A stretch of DNA of 53,248 bases from the NCBI GenBank assembly GCA_001724265.1, contig MEDY01000199.1, forward strand, positions 1 to 53,248. Reading direction: 5' to 3'. The notes under the pieces are model-generated. The model worked only from the letters and a program-made list of their open reading frames with translations, searched no databases and was not told the origin of the DNA. Made by a program: the position numbers and the translations under genes. The number at the start of each line of letters is the position of its first letter. Within the stretch, counting starts at the first letter, position 1. This document shows, in pieces, positions 12,592 through 26,300 of the stretch. The DNA comes from Rhizaria sp. SCN 62-66 (taxonomy: Eukaryota).

Positions 12592-13456
12592 TTAGACCTT
12601 GAAGCCAAGGAGGCGGAGGCATTCCTATGTTTGGAATGACGTAAATGTAATGTGTTACACGTCGTTGACGTTTGTTGGTGCGCAAACAGCAAGCAAGTCA
12701 GAGGCAACGTACAGAGAAAAACACATGAACGTGAGATTACATGCGAATTAGAAGCCAATATGAAATGATACCACTTAGACATATCAGATAGTATGTAAAA
12801 AAACACTTGGGCGCATCATATGCATCAACCGCATGATGAAAAAATCGCGATTACCGCGATATATCGCATGATTGTTGGTGAAAATACGTGAAAGCACGTG
12901 TGAAGTTAAAGTCCGTCTGTGCCATTAGATACCGCTTTATACCACAAAGATAAATACATAAAAGATACAAAACACTTGTCGCAACGAAATATACTTGATG
13001 TGCAGGATATCTTATTGAGACGTGTTCAATAATTCGTTCTGGCAGGTACCTTGTGCTTGTTGATCTCACCGTCGCAATACTGCTCACCCTTCTCCATCAC
13101 GCACTTATCCTACACAGCAGCAATAAGAAAGAGGAAGCACAATAGTAGTTCGGAATAAGATAATGTAGTTCATTTACCATCCGTATCTCTTGTTATATGC
13201 ATCAATGACCCTCGGCTGTTGGCCGCTAGACACCGTACAAAAGTAAGTTGTTCCCGAACAATGTGTCAGAGCAGTTCAACAAGGTGAGTCTCCAGAGGGT
13301 GAGAGATCTTGAGTGACGTACGCGGATAGACTTGGTGTCAGGACACGCACAACACATGCGCAGGGGCTTGCCCTCGGCGTCAACGGGGCCGGAGTAGGGC
13401 TTGGCAGCAGCGGGGGCGGCAGCGGCAGCAGTGGTGGTGTCGGCAGGAGCGGGCAT
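12592..13456 (-). CDS. COX17: Cytochrome c oxidase copper chaperone Cox17, 75 aa, 3 exons
   Basis: Exons 13456-13322, 13109-13050 and 12624-12592 give [46 protein letters not shown], i.e. CCxC plus twin CX9C. Confidence 0.95.
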
Positions 13457-14023
13457 CTGTCTTAAGCAGTCACAGCGCAATGAAATCAAATCTTTGAGAC
13501 ATATAATTTAGTGATATTACACCCCACACATATTTTGGCATTACACTGATATGGAAGGTATGTTGACGGTCATTTACATTCACACTGCACCATCTTCATC
13601 GCTTCACATGCATCGCTCACCGCAACCACCGCTCTTCAGCGCGTCATTCTCCTTCTCGCTATGCAAAGACATCCAAGTAGCACAGTGCAGTGATTCATCA
13701 TGTTTAGCCACGTTATCGGGTTGAATATCATCCATTCATCTTGCGCGTGTCGGTCCGACCTCTCCTAATCACGTATTATGGCTTTGCAAAGCAGAATCGT
13801 GACACTGCGCGCCAACATCTAACCACATATTAATATGTACAAGTCGACACTGATGTCTCATATGATCACCAAACTTTCTGAAAATATATGCGTCTATGCA
13901 GGACTTAGTATACTATAGTTTTGTATTCAAGATCATTCATATACCACCTGAAATCGATGAGTTGGTATATATTCCTTGCGCGAAGTTTGGTCCGCTCCGA
14001 GTCCTCACTCCCCGTTGGTCCGG

Positions 14024-17000
14024 TCAGAAGCACACCTCAAGCAGCGACGACCCCTGCGAGAAGCCCATCGCGCGGCCCGTGGTGGTGTACGTGTCTGGCG
14101 AGTACACGTGGGCGGGCGTGGTGACGGCCTTTTCGTTGTGCTCGAGCCACCAAGTCACGGCGTAAAGCATCAGGTCCTCGTTGGGCGTCGCCCGGAGTGG
14201 CACACCGGGGTCGCGGTCGGGGAACGGGATTGCGCTGTCGAGCGAGGACCGGAAGCTGCTCGACCCGTCGTCATCGGGAATCAGCGAGCTCGTCGACGTG
14301 TTGACCAGCCCGTCGAAGTACCACCACTCTTCGAGCAGCGGCGGCAGAGTGCTAACCACGTACCCGATCACCTCCGACAACACCGTCGGCCGGTCCTCAC
14401 CGATGCTGCCGACGATGTTCCACGGGCCTTGCAGCTCGCGCGGCAGCGTGCTCACGAACGCGAGGCGCACGCCCGGGCCCAGGGTGACTGCTGTGGAGAC
14501 AGGGGAGACGGACACCGGCATGAACTCGCGGCGCATCCACACGTTGTGCCGCGACCGCAGCGGCAAGCCCTAGAACAAAAAGATGAAACATAATATTATA
14601 TTAGTTCTGAGATAGTCCTAGTTGTGTTTAGTTTTGTTGGAGTTATTTTTCTATGAACGAACATCATCTTGATGAAAGAACAGTTTTATGCACCGTTGTT
14701 GAATGGAACGTTAGTCAAGTGCCAACGCAAGTGTTAACGTACCTGGTTGCTTGCGAAGCACACGCCCGGGTCAACGGGCGGAATCGCGAGCAGCCCGCCC
14801 TCGTGCGCGGCCATGCGGCCCACCACGAAGTGCAGCGCGGCGCGCGCCGCGGGCAGACTCGACCGGAACTTGATCGAGTACTTAAAGATGGGCGCGGTGC
14901 GGATCTCGGCCGGGTCGGGCGACACGGAGCTGATAGGCAGGATCGCGTGCACGTACGCGCGCGGGCCAGACCACGGGAATAGCGTCGTCGTCAGCGACAT
15001 CGGCAGGAATGCGGGCCGCTTCTTGTCCGCCCAGATGGGGATGAACGAGTCCTTGGGTCGCACCGTGTAGTGGATCATGTACGCGAGCAAGTCGTTGGGC
15101 GCCAGCGCGATGTGCGGCGACGCGAACCGCTTGCCCGCAAACGGCCGCACGTACGCCTGCGGGTCGTCGTGCAAGTTGAACGGCTGGCCGGAACGGGTCG
15201 CGGACCGGGACGCGGGGTCAACGGGCGCAGCGGGCATCGCAGTGAGCGGGAACGTGCCCTGCAGCTCGTCGTTGATGTAGATGTCGATGGACATGGCGTC
15301 GATGGTCGCGGTTTCGTCGAGCACGAGCGAGGGGATCACGATGATTAGATACGTGTTGTCGGTCATCGTGGCCATGGGCGTGTTGGCTCCGCCGCCAGCG
15401 AAGAACGCGCTGGTTTGGTCCGTCGCAGTCGTTGTAAACCTGTGGCTACTGCTGTTCTTGTTTGTGCTGTTTCCGTCATTTTCGTTCTTGTTTAAATTGG
15501 GCGTATTGTGTTTGTTGTTCTTTGTGCTCTTTTTCTCACTGAGAGTTGTAAAGCTGCTTACGGTGCTCGAACTAGGATTTGTCGCAAAGCTACTGATCGC
15601 ATCCCGAGAGATATGGATCACATCATGCCTCAGCAGATACGGTGACGACGGCTGGTAATTAAGCAGAAACCACGTGACGTTCCACCCCAGCTGTGGGTAA
15701 TATTGCGACGTCGGGAATTCGTGCGCCCTGAACGCCTCCTCAGTCGCGTTCACCGCAGTACTCGTGATGCCACTCGCGGTGCTCGTGCCGGTGGAGCTCG
15801 CGCTGCTTGTTGCCAGCCCCGCCGGCGCCGCCGTCGTCAGTGCTGCGCCCGTCGTGCTCGCGACCGGCGGCACCGGCAGCGTCGGCGTCGCCGTCAGCGC
15901 CGCGCTCGCGCCCGCACTCGCGGCGGCGGCAGCGGCGGCGGGCGTGCTGACCACGGCGGGGGCGCGGGCGCGCGTGTCGGGCGGCAGCGGCGTCGCGTTG
16001 CGGATCAGCGGCACCGTGACCTCCGTGCGCGTTAGGTTTGCACGGCCGGATACCGCCACGCTTGACGATGTGGCGGCTGAGCTGGCGGTTGCGGCGCCTG
16101 GCACAAAGGGCGGCAGCGCTGCGGTGGCGGGCAACGACGCCGCGGGCCTGGTTTCCGCGTACGGGGGCAGGTCGGTGCCCCAAGCGAACCAGGGCGTGGC
16201 CAGGGTGCTCCTAGTGACGTTGTCCTTGATGATGAATTGGTAGAGCATCACGAGCATGTTGTCCGGCCAGGCCTGCATGGACTGGTTACCGAGGCTGGTT
16301 GCAGTTGTGTTTGCAGCTGTTGCTGTGTTGGTCAAATTAGCGATGATTGCAGGGTCACGCAAGAGCACCAAGTTGGCGTCAAGCACAAAAACTGGCGTGA
16401 GCGACGAGTTCACCTTGGCGCCCTCGAGTGTCTGCATCGCCATCCGCACCACGGGGACGTTGCTGTCATACGCCACAGTCACGTTGTTGCTCAGCTTCAC
16501 CGTGTTCGCGGTGATTGCGGCGACGGCCGCGGTGACGTTGGCGCTGCCGGTGCCGGTGACAGTCGTGTTCGGAAGCGGTGTGTACGGGGTGAAGTTGTCG
16601 ACGGGTCCGCCGGGCAGGGGCGTGCTGAGGTCAAGCCGCGTCATAGGGTGACCTTGGTCATCACCTAGAAACGCTGCAGTTGACCGCGGATTGAGTGACT
16701 GTGGCTCACCGTGTGGTGTCTGCGAGCTCTCTTGTTTCTCTTGCAGGTCATTCTCTTGTTGCTGTTCTAGCGAGAGCGTTTGTGGTAAGAGTGGTTTGTG
16801 TTGCGAGAGATGAGTCACTGCCGACTTGGCCCAGAGACGCGCCGGACTCAGGGGTGAGCGAGCTGCATGGCCACGTGAACTCGTATCAGAAGTCATTGCA
16901 CTGACGTCTCTATGAATAGTATTATCTTGAGTTAGCTTGTCACGTTGCTGCTTCTTGACCAGTGCAGCGAAGCATTCTGTGTTCAGTTTACAGTCATCGC

Positions 17001-19480
17001 TTTCATCATCACTACTAGTGGCGACGCCACGATCTTGTTGCTGTGCCCCTAACCCTAGTGCCGAAGACAGCTCCTTTTGCTGCTGCTCGACTTGCTGCGC
17101 GAGAGTCAATCCGCTTTGATCGAGCATCACTGGCGTGATCTTGACCGGCGCAGTGAAGCGGTCTCGCTCCCACCACCTGCTCCCCCGCATCGCCTCTGAC
17201 CTATCTCCCATCAGCGACTGCGAGCGCAACAGTGACTGCTGGCGAAGGTTGCTTGTCTGTCGTGTGCGCGTTTGCTTTTCGTCAGTCAAAATCGTGGTTG
17301 CCGAGGAGAGTGGCGTGACTGCGCGAGGATTTTCCTTCTTGGTCCTGCGACTGTTTTTTTTCGTGCCATCTCCGTTAGTTTTGTCCTTGTTGACGGGGCT
17401 TACTGTTTGTTTTTCCTCCCGGATACTCAACCGCTGCGCAATATCTTTAGCGTCACCGTGAAACACATTGGCATCTGTGTCAATCGTATCATCACTGATG
17501 ACATTTTCGATATCACGATGAAACATGCTCGTGTTTGCGGCTTTAAGCGCAAGTGTATGCACGCGCTTTGGTATCCACTTATATCCCATTGTGCTCACAC
17601 TGACGTCGCTTTCGCCACTATCAGTCCCCGACTCAGTCTCAGCCATGAGGGCATCTACCTCAGCGGTGGCATCGGTATCAGTTCCGTTCGTGTCAGCGTC
17701 CTCATCATCAGCGTCTTCATCATTATCGCCGTCACCATCGCCACTGGTGTCGCCATCAGTAACGCCCATATCACTGTCCTCGGTCGTCGCGACTGCTGCC
17801 GCGCTGGTACCGCCCGCTTTTTTTGGTCTGGCCACGATCTGCAGCTGCACCTGGACATCAACCCACACCGGCCGCATTGCCATCGGCACCCCCCAGAACG
17901 CCAGAGTCACGTGGGGGCCCGAAAATCCACTGCCGACGGCTGTGTAGGGCACAAATTGCGCGACTTCCCCGCTCTTGGCGTTGCTGGCCGCGACGGACGC
18001 GAGCAGCAGCGCCGCGCCGCCGGTTGCCAACACGGTGCCCGCGACAGTGTTACCGGGAGTCGGCGCGATTGTGCCCTGGCTGTTGCGCCGCGCGGCCTCG
18101 GTCGCGGCGGCCGCGGCGGCCGTGGTCGTGTTGGCCAGCGGCAGCAGCGACGAGGGCGCGGCGAAGGCCAGCACTGGGAGATCGTTGTGCGCCAACACGA
18201 CGCTGTAGTAGGTACCGTGCGAGACAGGACTGTTTGGCGCAGCGGCGCCGCTGGGAAGAGTCTGCACGGCCCGGGTTGCCACCGACTGCACCAGCGTAAC
18301 TGCGGCCTCGGCTTCGGCGGTTGTGGCTGCTGGTGCAGTCGCAGTTTGGCCTGAGAGAAATTGTTCGGAGAATCAAAGTGTGTGCACAATGAGAGTTGAT
18401 ATCCAGAGACAACACGACTCTTATTATGCTCATGTAAACCTGGGCTTTACCGTGATGCCGCTATATCGCTAAGTTTGCGCGAAATCTGCTCGTACCTGGC
18501 AATAGTGTGTCGCGGCGCTGCGTGACCTGCGACAGCGGCAGATACGTCCAGTCGAACGACGTAATGAGCGCGGTCGGAAAAGCCGCTACCGCGCTGTTTA
18601 CAGTCACCACGGTTGCGTTGCCGATCGTGCGCGACGCCGTGGTCGCCACGGTCGAAGACGGCGAGCTGACTGGCGCGGGGAACGTGATGGCATTGGGCGA
18701 CGCGGGGACGGCGCCGTTCGTGATGGCACGCTGCATTGCGTTCGCGTCGGCGACCGTGAGCGCGACGCGCATTGTGAGAATGACGCCGACAGCAACCGCG
18801 GTCGTGGGGAGCTTGATGCTGGGCGCGTAGAAGCTGCCGCTTGAAGTTGGGCGCAACGCACGTTTCTCTGATCAAATTGTTTACGTTAAGCAAAGTTTGT
18901 GCCATGATATTAGAGGTGAAGATAATGACCTCATTTATATGACATGGCAGGCGTAGTACAGTCAAATTTCTATTGTTTTATGTGATCGAATTGATATGTT
19001 AGGCTAGGTTTTGCGCGTCGTACCTTGGACCCAGTTTGTCGCTGCGTTCATAATTACTCCTGACGTCACACGCGCACGTGTTGCCAACAGGTCTGCTGTT
19101 GCTGATGCACCACTGTGTGCGCGCTCGTATGTGTAGGTGACATCTGCGAAGACTATTGGTAGCCGCTCAGATAAGAGCGGCGAACGTGAGTTAGCGAATG
19201 CACTGGCCCTAAACACCATCGCATCCAACGCATACTCGTTCGGCGGATCCAAAGGGGAGCTCGATAAGCGCCAGATCATTGTGAATAGACCAGTAGAGTC
19301 AATGGATGCGCGGTACCCTGTGGGGATAGTTGTGTTCAAGTTGACTGCAGGTGGTGTGGCGAGCGCTGCGGTGGAGCCAGAGCCAGTGCTGCTTGTTTGG
19401 GCTTGGGCGAGCAAGAGCAAAACAAACAAGCTACACACAAGCAGAAGAATGCGTGCGCCACGCCACCGCAACAAGCGCAT
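14024..19480 (-). CDS. Large secreted/surface protein of unknown function, ~1660 aa, 4 exons
   Basis: Exons 19480 (or 19510)-19024, 18867-18496, 18350-14743 and 14569-14024 join in frame through GTACG..AG introns. N-terminal signal peptide MRLLRWRGARILLLVCSLFVLLLLAQA; Ala/Thr/Pro-rich and acidic low-complexity stretches between beta-rich globular-looking segments. No family recognised. Confidence 0.75.
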
Positions 19481-20380
19481 GTTACGAAAAGATGTTGAGT
19501 TTGTCTGCATAAATGAACAATCTTTTGCGGGCTTTCTGTGTGGCTAGATATGGGGTTGTGATGCGAGCTGGCTCAGTCGGCACTGTGATGCACGACTCAG
19601 TGGTTGATGTACTGTGCCTCTGGAACAGATGGAAGACCTTCACGCAAAATCAAATTAAAACAGTCTTTTAACGTTGTTTGTATCTAGTTTTGTTGTTTGT
19701 AATTGCAACAACGGTCATAGTAGAGCGTGCATACAAGGGCGATATGAGACTCTGGGACGCATCAAGTGCTTGCTCACAGTCGCTTCAAGTCTCCTTGGCG
19801 CCAATCTACAGATTTTGCTATATTAATGCGCATCCAAATAGGCAACGCACCTAGGGCCGCCGAATTTAATTTGTCAATCTGACTGTTACGTTCTTCTGAA
19901 GACTATGTATGGCGCACTGATGCTACTGTTCATGTTCCTAAAGTAACGCAGCGAGAGCCAAGAGACAATTATAATGCTGTAATAAACTACTTCAAGTGTC
20001 AAGCTAATATCGGCATATACACGCTTTGGTATTGTGCACGCCCCCCAGAGGAGGCAATCATGGGTATTTATCTGTATGAGATATCCTTGCGAACGTGGAC
20101 TGCCTTGGCACTCTTGGCAGAGATGTGGCAGGCCGAGGACGAGACAAAAAACGGTTCGAAATAGGCTATCTATTGTTCTGCGTATCTCGGTTATTTGGCC
20201 GTCATTACGAATTTGCCACACAGTTCTATTTGTTTCAGAATGTTTTATAGCTATACACTTAATTATAATTCTTAAACTGTATTTTGTGTTTCTCTGTTGC
20301 ACATTTTTGTAGCCCGCTTTCCTCTCTCTCAACAAACTCAAACAGAGCGACTCACTCGGCGCTCCACGGCTGCCATTTTT

Positions 20381-23300
20381 ATGGCGACACGCCCACAGTC
20401 GCTGTGCGCGTCGCCCGCGCTTGGAGTTGACTCGCCACCCGGGTTCAACCCTGCTCCGGGCTCGTCCGACACCGGTGCACAGCAGCAGCAACAGCAGCAT
20501 AACTTAGCTTCAACGGACGCTGGGGACTCCTCTGCCGCTGCCTCTGCCACCACCGCTGGTGTTGCGAGCAGGAGTTCTAACCGTGCTAGCGTTGGCCTTG
20601 TGCAGTTTGGCGCCATGCCGATTGCCCCCGTCCCGCGGCAGGCCGCTCTAGGCACCCTCGCAGCAATCACTGTGGAGGGGCCCTCTCCGCCACCGCCGCC
20701 ACAGCAGCCTCATATCGACGTCTCAGTCTCGTCCTCATCATCGGCGTCTGCTTCTACGATTACATCGCAGTCTTTACGCGTGGTGGCTGCTCCTCATGTG
20801 CAACAACAACAGCTTCCTTTGCCGAGTGCTGTCGTTGACACGAACTCGAGCTTTCTTGCCAGCTCTAGTTCGTCTGTTCGCGCAACGCCCAGTGCTGCTG
20901 CTGTAGTTGCTGCTGCTCCAACTGCTGCCCCGTCGGACATTGTGCCACTGTCAAAGCTAGTGCCTCCACTCAACCCTCAGTCACGGTTACACCCGAATAA
21001 CGTGCAACAACATCAACGGCGCACGCTGTCACCCTTGCAGTCCCCACGGTCGCAGCTACAGGCACATCAACTGAATTCTCAGTCGCAGTCGCATGCAGCG
21101 GTCTCCGCGCCCGCAATGTCGCAGTTGCGCGCATCGACTTGGTGGGCCCGTCTCTCGCTCAAGCAGCGCGCGGCCTTACTTAAATCCTCCTCGCCCGTCT
21201 TCGCCCCGGTGCCGGCCTCCGCGCTCGCGCCCCTACTGAGCGACGCGCGGGTGCTATGGGTGCCGCCGCGGGCGCTGTTGTACCAGGAGGGCGAAACAAC
21301 CGTATCGCCCCCTTCTCTGTTATTGCATACCAACAACAGCATGACCGGCGCCGTTGTTGCGGAGTGCGCGCCCTTAGACGCCAACGTCAAACCGCCCGTC
21401 CCCGGCTCCGTGTACCTCGTGCTGGCGGGCAGCCTCGCGCTCACTGTTGCGACAGCGGCCCACGCGCGGCGCGTGCTGGCCCGGTCGAGCGCGGAGGCCA
21501 CTGCGGCGCTGGCGGCAGTGCCAGCCATGGACACCATCTCGAAGGGGGCAGCCGTCTCTAAGGGCGTAGCCGGCAGCGCGGCTAAGGGCGCGCTTGCAGG
21601 GGGCAGGCGGGGTAAGGGCGGCAGGGGCAAGGAGGCCATTTACGACCTTGTCGCGGGCGACTTGACTGCTGAAGTTAAGCCGCGCCGTGTCCGCACTCAC
21701 AAGTACCACGACTCTGGCTACTATGCTGGCGACGACGACAGCAACGACGACGAGTCGTGCTCTTGCTCTTGCTCGTGTTCAGAAGCCGACAGTGACAGCA
21801 ACAGCAACGCGAGTGGCGCGCACAGCGACTGCAGCTGCAGCTGCGGCGCCAGTGACGCGGGCTGTGACGACGATGACGAGGAGGAGGGCGGTGAGGTTGA
21901 TGAGACAGACTACTGCTACTGCGATGGCCTTGCTCCTCCCTTAGACGCTGGCGAGGTACTTAGAGTTAAAAACACCTATGGCTTACACATCAACATCACT
22001 CCGACCAGCAACAGTGCGAATAATAAGACCAACTCTAGCGCGAGCAAACATAATAAGACTGCGCTGAGTCTAAATGCGAACGCTGATGCTGGTGCGAGTG
22101 CAAGTTCGTTGCCGCAGCTAAAGTTCCGTTGCTCCCACTGCTACCGGCCATTCCGCCCTGATTTTGCCACAAATGACATCGAATCTAGTGCGAACAGCGC
22201 GCACAGCAGCCCCACTAGCCCCAACCGCAACCTAGGCCGCGCCCGTCGCACTCCGCACAAGACCACCCTTGCCCGGCACAACAACTACGGTGGCAACGAC
22301 AGGGGTGGCGTGAACCGCGCCCCCCACATCGCCACTGCGAGCCCCGGCTCTGCCGACGGCAACCTGAACGACCCCGCCGCCGCCGCCGCTGCTGCCGCGG
22401 ACAGCGAGTCTCAGGATGAGCCGATCTGGGGCCACCGCCACCGCGACGCGTACGCGCTGCCCACGGTCTCAATCTCGCGCGCCGCGTCGCCGCACCCGCT
22501 CGGGTTCACGCGCACACTCGGCAGCGGCGGCGGCGGCGGGAATGCTGCGGCGGGTGTCAGCCCGATCGCAAACATTGGTGGCTTCATTGCACATTCGCAG
22601 CCTCCGCGGCACCAGAAACCGATGAGCCCGAGTGGCGTAACGGCGAGTGGCAGCAGCGACGGCAGCAGTGTCAGCAGCAGCTCGCGGCGGCTCTTTCCGC
22701 CGGTCAGCAACAACAGCAACAGCGGCAGCAGCGCCGCGACCACGACGAGCGCCGGGTTTCATGTACTTAGGGAGCTTGCAAGCGGGCCCTTAGATGTCCG
22801 TGCGAGCGATTCTTCCGCTGGCCCTGAGATCAAGATCCTCACACCGAGGTCGTTCTCGCCGTCACGCCCCGCGCACGGCAGTCTCAGCACTACTGGCACG
22901 GCTCCGGCTCCCGTCAATGCGGGCCTGAGTGGGAATGCTTCCGCTGTCGTGGCGGGGAATGGCGCGCCGCCGCTGCCGCCGCGGTCACAGTTACGGTCGC
23001 CGTTCTCTCTGTCCCGCGCCGCCACACCCGGCGCCGCTACCGCAACCGCGAGCGCGGCCGGCGGCGCGAGCAATGTCACGAACGCCAGCGCGGGTGCGCA
23101 TGGGTCGCCGGTTAAGATCGTCGCCCACGGACACCGCAAGAGCGACGGCAACGCCGTTTTCAGCGACGCACGCGTCCAGTCCGCGTCACTCCTCGTCGCC
23201 GCGGCTGCTGCGCCTGCGACGCTGAGCAATAGCAGCAACCCTGAAGCGAGCAGAAGTCCTTTTGTAAGCGTTCGCTCAAGCCTCGTGCTCGGTGGTAGTG

Positions 23301-26300
23301 CTGCTAACGCTAATGGAGACGGTGCGAGGGTTTCTTTTGTCAGCAGGGATACAGCGGGAGATGCGAGTTCTCCGCACATTGTACCGCCATTTTGTCGGCC
23401 GCTGGTTGTGTTGGCGCACCAGACCTCGGACAAGCACAAGAACGACGCTGATATCAACGTTGCGCACGCGTCGGAGCAAGAGCAAAAGCAGCACGGCGGC
23501 GTCTCAAAGTTTAGCCGTGAAGGCGCCCCCACTGCTCGCCAGGCAAGCCGCCCCTCGAGCCCCTTACATTCCCAGGAGCGCGTCGGCCGCCGCCCGCAAT
23601 CCCCCTTGCACGCGGTGTCCGGGTACTCAGACCGCGAAGCCGCGCCTAAGGGGGACCGCAGCAACTACACGGGCGTGTCGCCAAAGCGCGGGAGTTCTCA
23701 AGGCGCTGACTCTGCTCTTTTGGCTGGGAGCAATGCGCACGGACACAAGACGATGTTCACGTTCTCGCAGACGCCTCGTCGCAGCGACGGCAGCGCAACC
23801 GTGAGGACCACGGCCGCGAACACTCTCAACGACACTCCAGTCGTGGTCTCGGATGACGGCAACAGCGGCGATAAAGCTAAGCCCCAGGCGCCACCGGTAC
23901 CTTCCTCTAGCTACGAGTTGGCACTGAAGGCTGAGGCGGCAGCTGATGCGTCGTTCATTCCTTGCTCGTTGCCGCCTGCCCTTGTTAATCATACCAACGA
24001 CGACGCAGCTACCACGAACGCTGGCGACGACAACAATGTTGCAGCGACACGCGTTAGTGCTCAGGCGATTAGCTTGAGTCAAAGCTTCGGCAAGTTTGTC
24101 AACGGACGCTTCATGGCGACGGCTGGCAATGTCAGGCCTCAAACAGCTGGCTCGATCCGCAAGTCCAATGAGCCCGCATTTGCGGCCCAGTTCAAGGCGA
24201 TTATGCTCGCTGCGGCGGCCGCTGCGGCTGCTGAGGCTGAGACAGAGGCGGACGCTGCGGCCGCAGCTGCTGAGGCAGACGCTGCTGCAGAAGCTGAAGT
24301 CAAAACGCAGGCGAAACGCGACGCATATAACGCGGTGAAGAGTGCAAGCGCGCTCTCTGGTGACACTGCACAAACACAGTCAAGCTCACGGTCACGGCCG
24401 CGGCTGCAGAGGCCTGCGACTGCTGGGAATACGCGTTGTGGCAATAATAGTAACGCTAAAACGGGTGTCGGCGCGAGCAGCACTAGTGCGGCCCTAAGAA
24501 CGGTGTTGTGTTCATCTGGTCCAGACGGAAATAGTAGCGGCGGCGGTCTGGTTAGTGACCAACAGCCGAGTCTTGGCGATTTTCTGTCGTTCAAGGTTGA
24601 CCTGCTGACTGGCAAGCCGTTGACACAACAGCAGCAGCAGCAACTGCTCCAACAACAGCAGCAACAGCAACAACTCATGCAGGCCCAGATGCTGGCGCAA
24701 GGCAGCATCGACAGTAACGCTACTGGCAGCAACACCGCTACTATGATGGCCACTGCGATCGCGACTGCCGCCGCCACGGCTGCGACTGTGAACACCGGCA
24801 ACGCTTCCTACCCTCATCCTGCAGCTGCGGCGTGTGGCCGCGGCGGCGTGACTTCGAGCAGCGGTGGCGGCTTAAGTTCGATCAAAATGATGCAAAAAGC
24901 GCGCGCGCTTGCGGCTGCTAAGATGCCGTCGTTTCTCTACAATCCCAGCGTGAATAGTCATGCGAACGTGAGTCGTAATGAAGATGCTGAGGCAAGCAAG
25001 ATGATTGCGCTGTTGTCATCATTGTGGCCGGACCAAAGCAGCGAAATCAACGCGATTGAGTCAAGCAGCAACAACCCCTTCGCCGCTCTCGTCAATAACA
25101 ACAACGCAGGCAACAGCAACAACAACGCTGTCAATGCCGAATTCACTGCGACTGCCTTATTGCACGCTGCATCGATGTTGACGCTGCAAGAGCGCACGGC
25201 AAACCAGCTTCTTGAGCAACAGCAGCAGTCAAGCACTGGCTCTTACTTCGGCAATGAGCATGGACTGTCGCCCGAGGCGGCTTACTTTCTCCGCGCAGCT
25301 GACTATGCTCGTGCCGCTGCGCTGTCGCACGCCGTGACTGCTGCTGCCCGTCGCTGCGGCCTAACTTCCGTCCCGCGTGGTGGATCCCAAGGCGGCCTAA
25401 CTTCGAGCGGCCACGCTTTCCCGTTGCTGTTGCTGTTCGGCGACATCACCGTCAACCCTGATGCGTGGGACGCCGTTACGGCTGCGCTGTCTACAAACTC
25501 AAACAGCCGTAATCTAAGCGGAGTACTGAGCCGTGTGAGTATCTCCTCGCAAGGGTCGCAAGCGCACGAAGCATTGCAGCAGCAGCTCAACGGCTCCAGC
25601 AAGAGCAATAGCGCGAGCAGCAACATCACTACCAGCAGTGGCGCCGCTGTGACGGCTAGTGCGGGCGCGAGTAAAGCCGACAGGGACAGAGCGAGAGAGT
25701 GGGCGCTGGCGAGCCCCGTGCTGTCGAGATTCGTCGCCGCTGCGGCTGCCGCGGGCGCGCGCGCGCGTCGCATCGCGGGCCTAGCGCCTTTACCCAGTGA
25801 TGTCGGTGCGTCCTCCAACGAGCTCGTGCACCCGCCCGGGAGCGTCAGCGCGCTGCTGCCGGGCGACCTCGGCACCTACAGCTCGGTGCTCAAGGGCGCG
25901 TGGCGGTCCTCCGACAGGCTCGGGAGCATGGTCGACGATCTCAAGACGTCTGTTGACAGTCTGACCGCCTCCGGACGCAGCAAGTCTGCGCCCAGGTCAC
26001 GCCGACAGAACAGCGACACGACCGGCGACACTGGCGAGACGGGCACCCAAGGCGATGGTAACATCACTGGCCGTGGCAGCAGCCGCGCCGCCACTGTGCG
26101 CGCGAGTGCTGCCGACGACTTCCCGCTGCTCGCGGCGCCCGCGACGGCGCCGGGCCCCGCCGCCGCGGCCACCGCCGCCGCGGCGACGGCCGCCGCAGCC
26201 AGGCTGCTGCGCGGCGAGGGGTATTACGCGCTGACAATGAGAGGGGACGCAAGGGCGCCGTTCACGGTGTACCAGACTGCCGCGCGGGCACAGTCGGACT

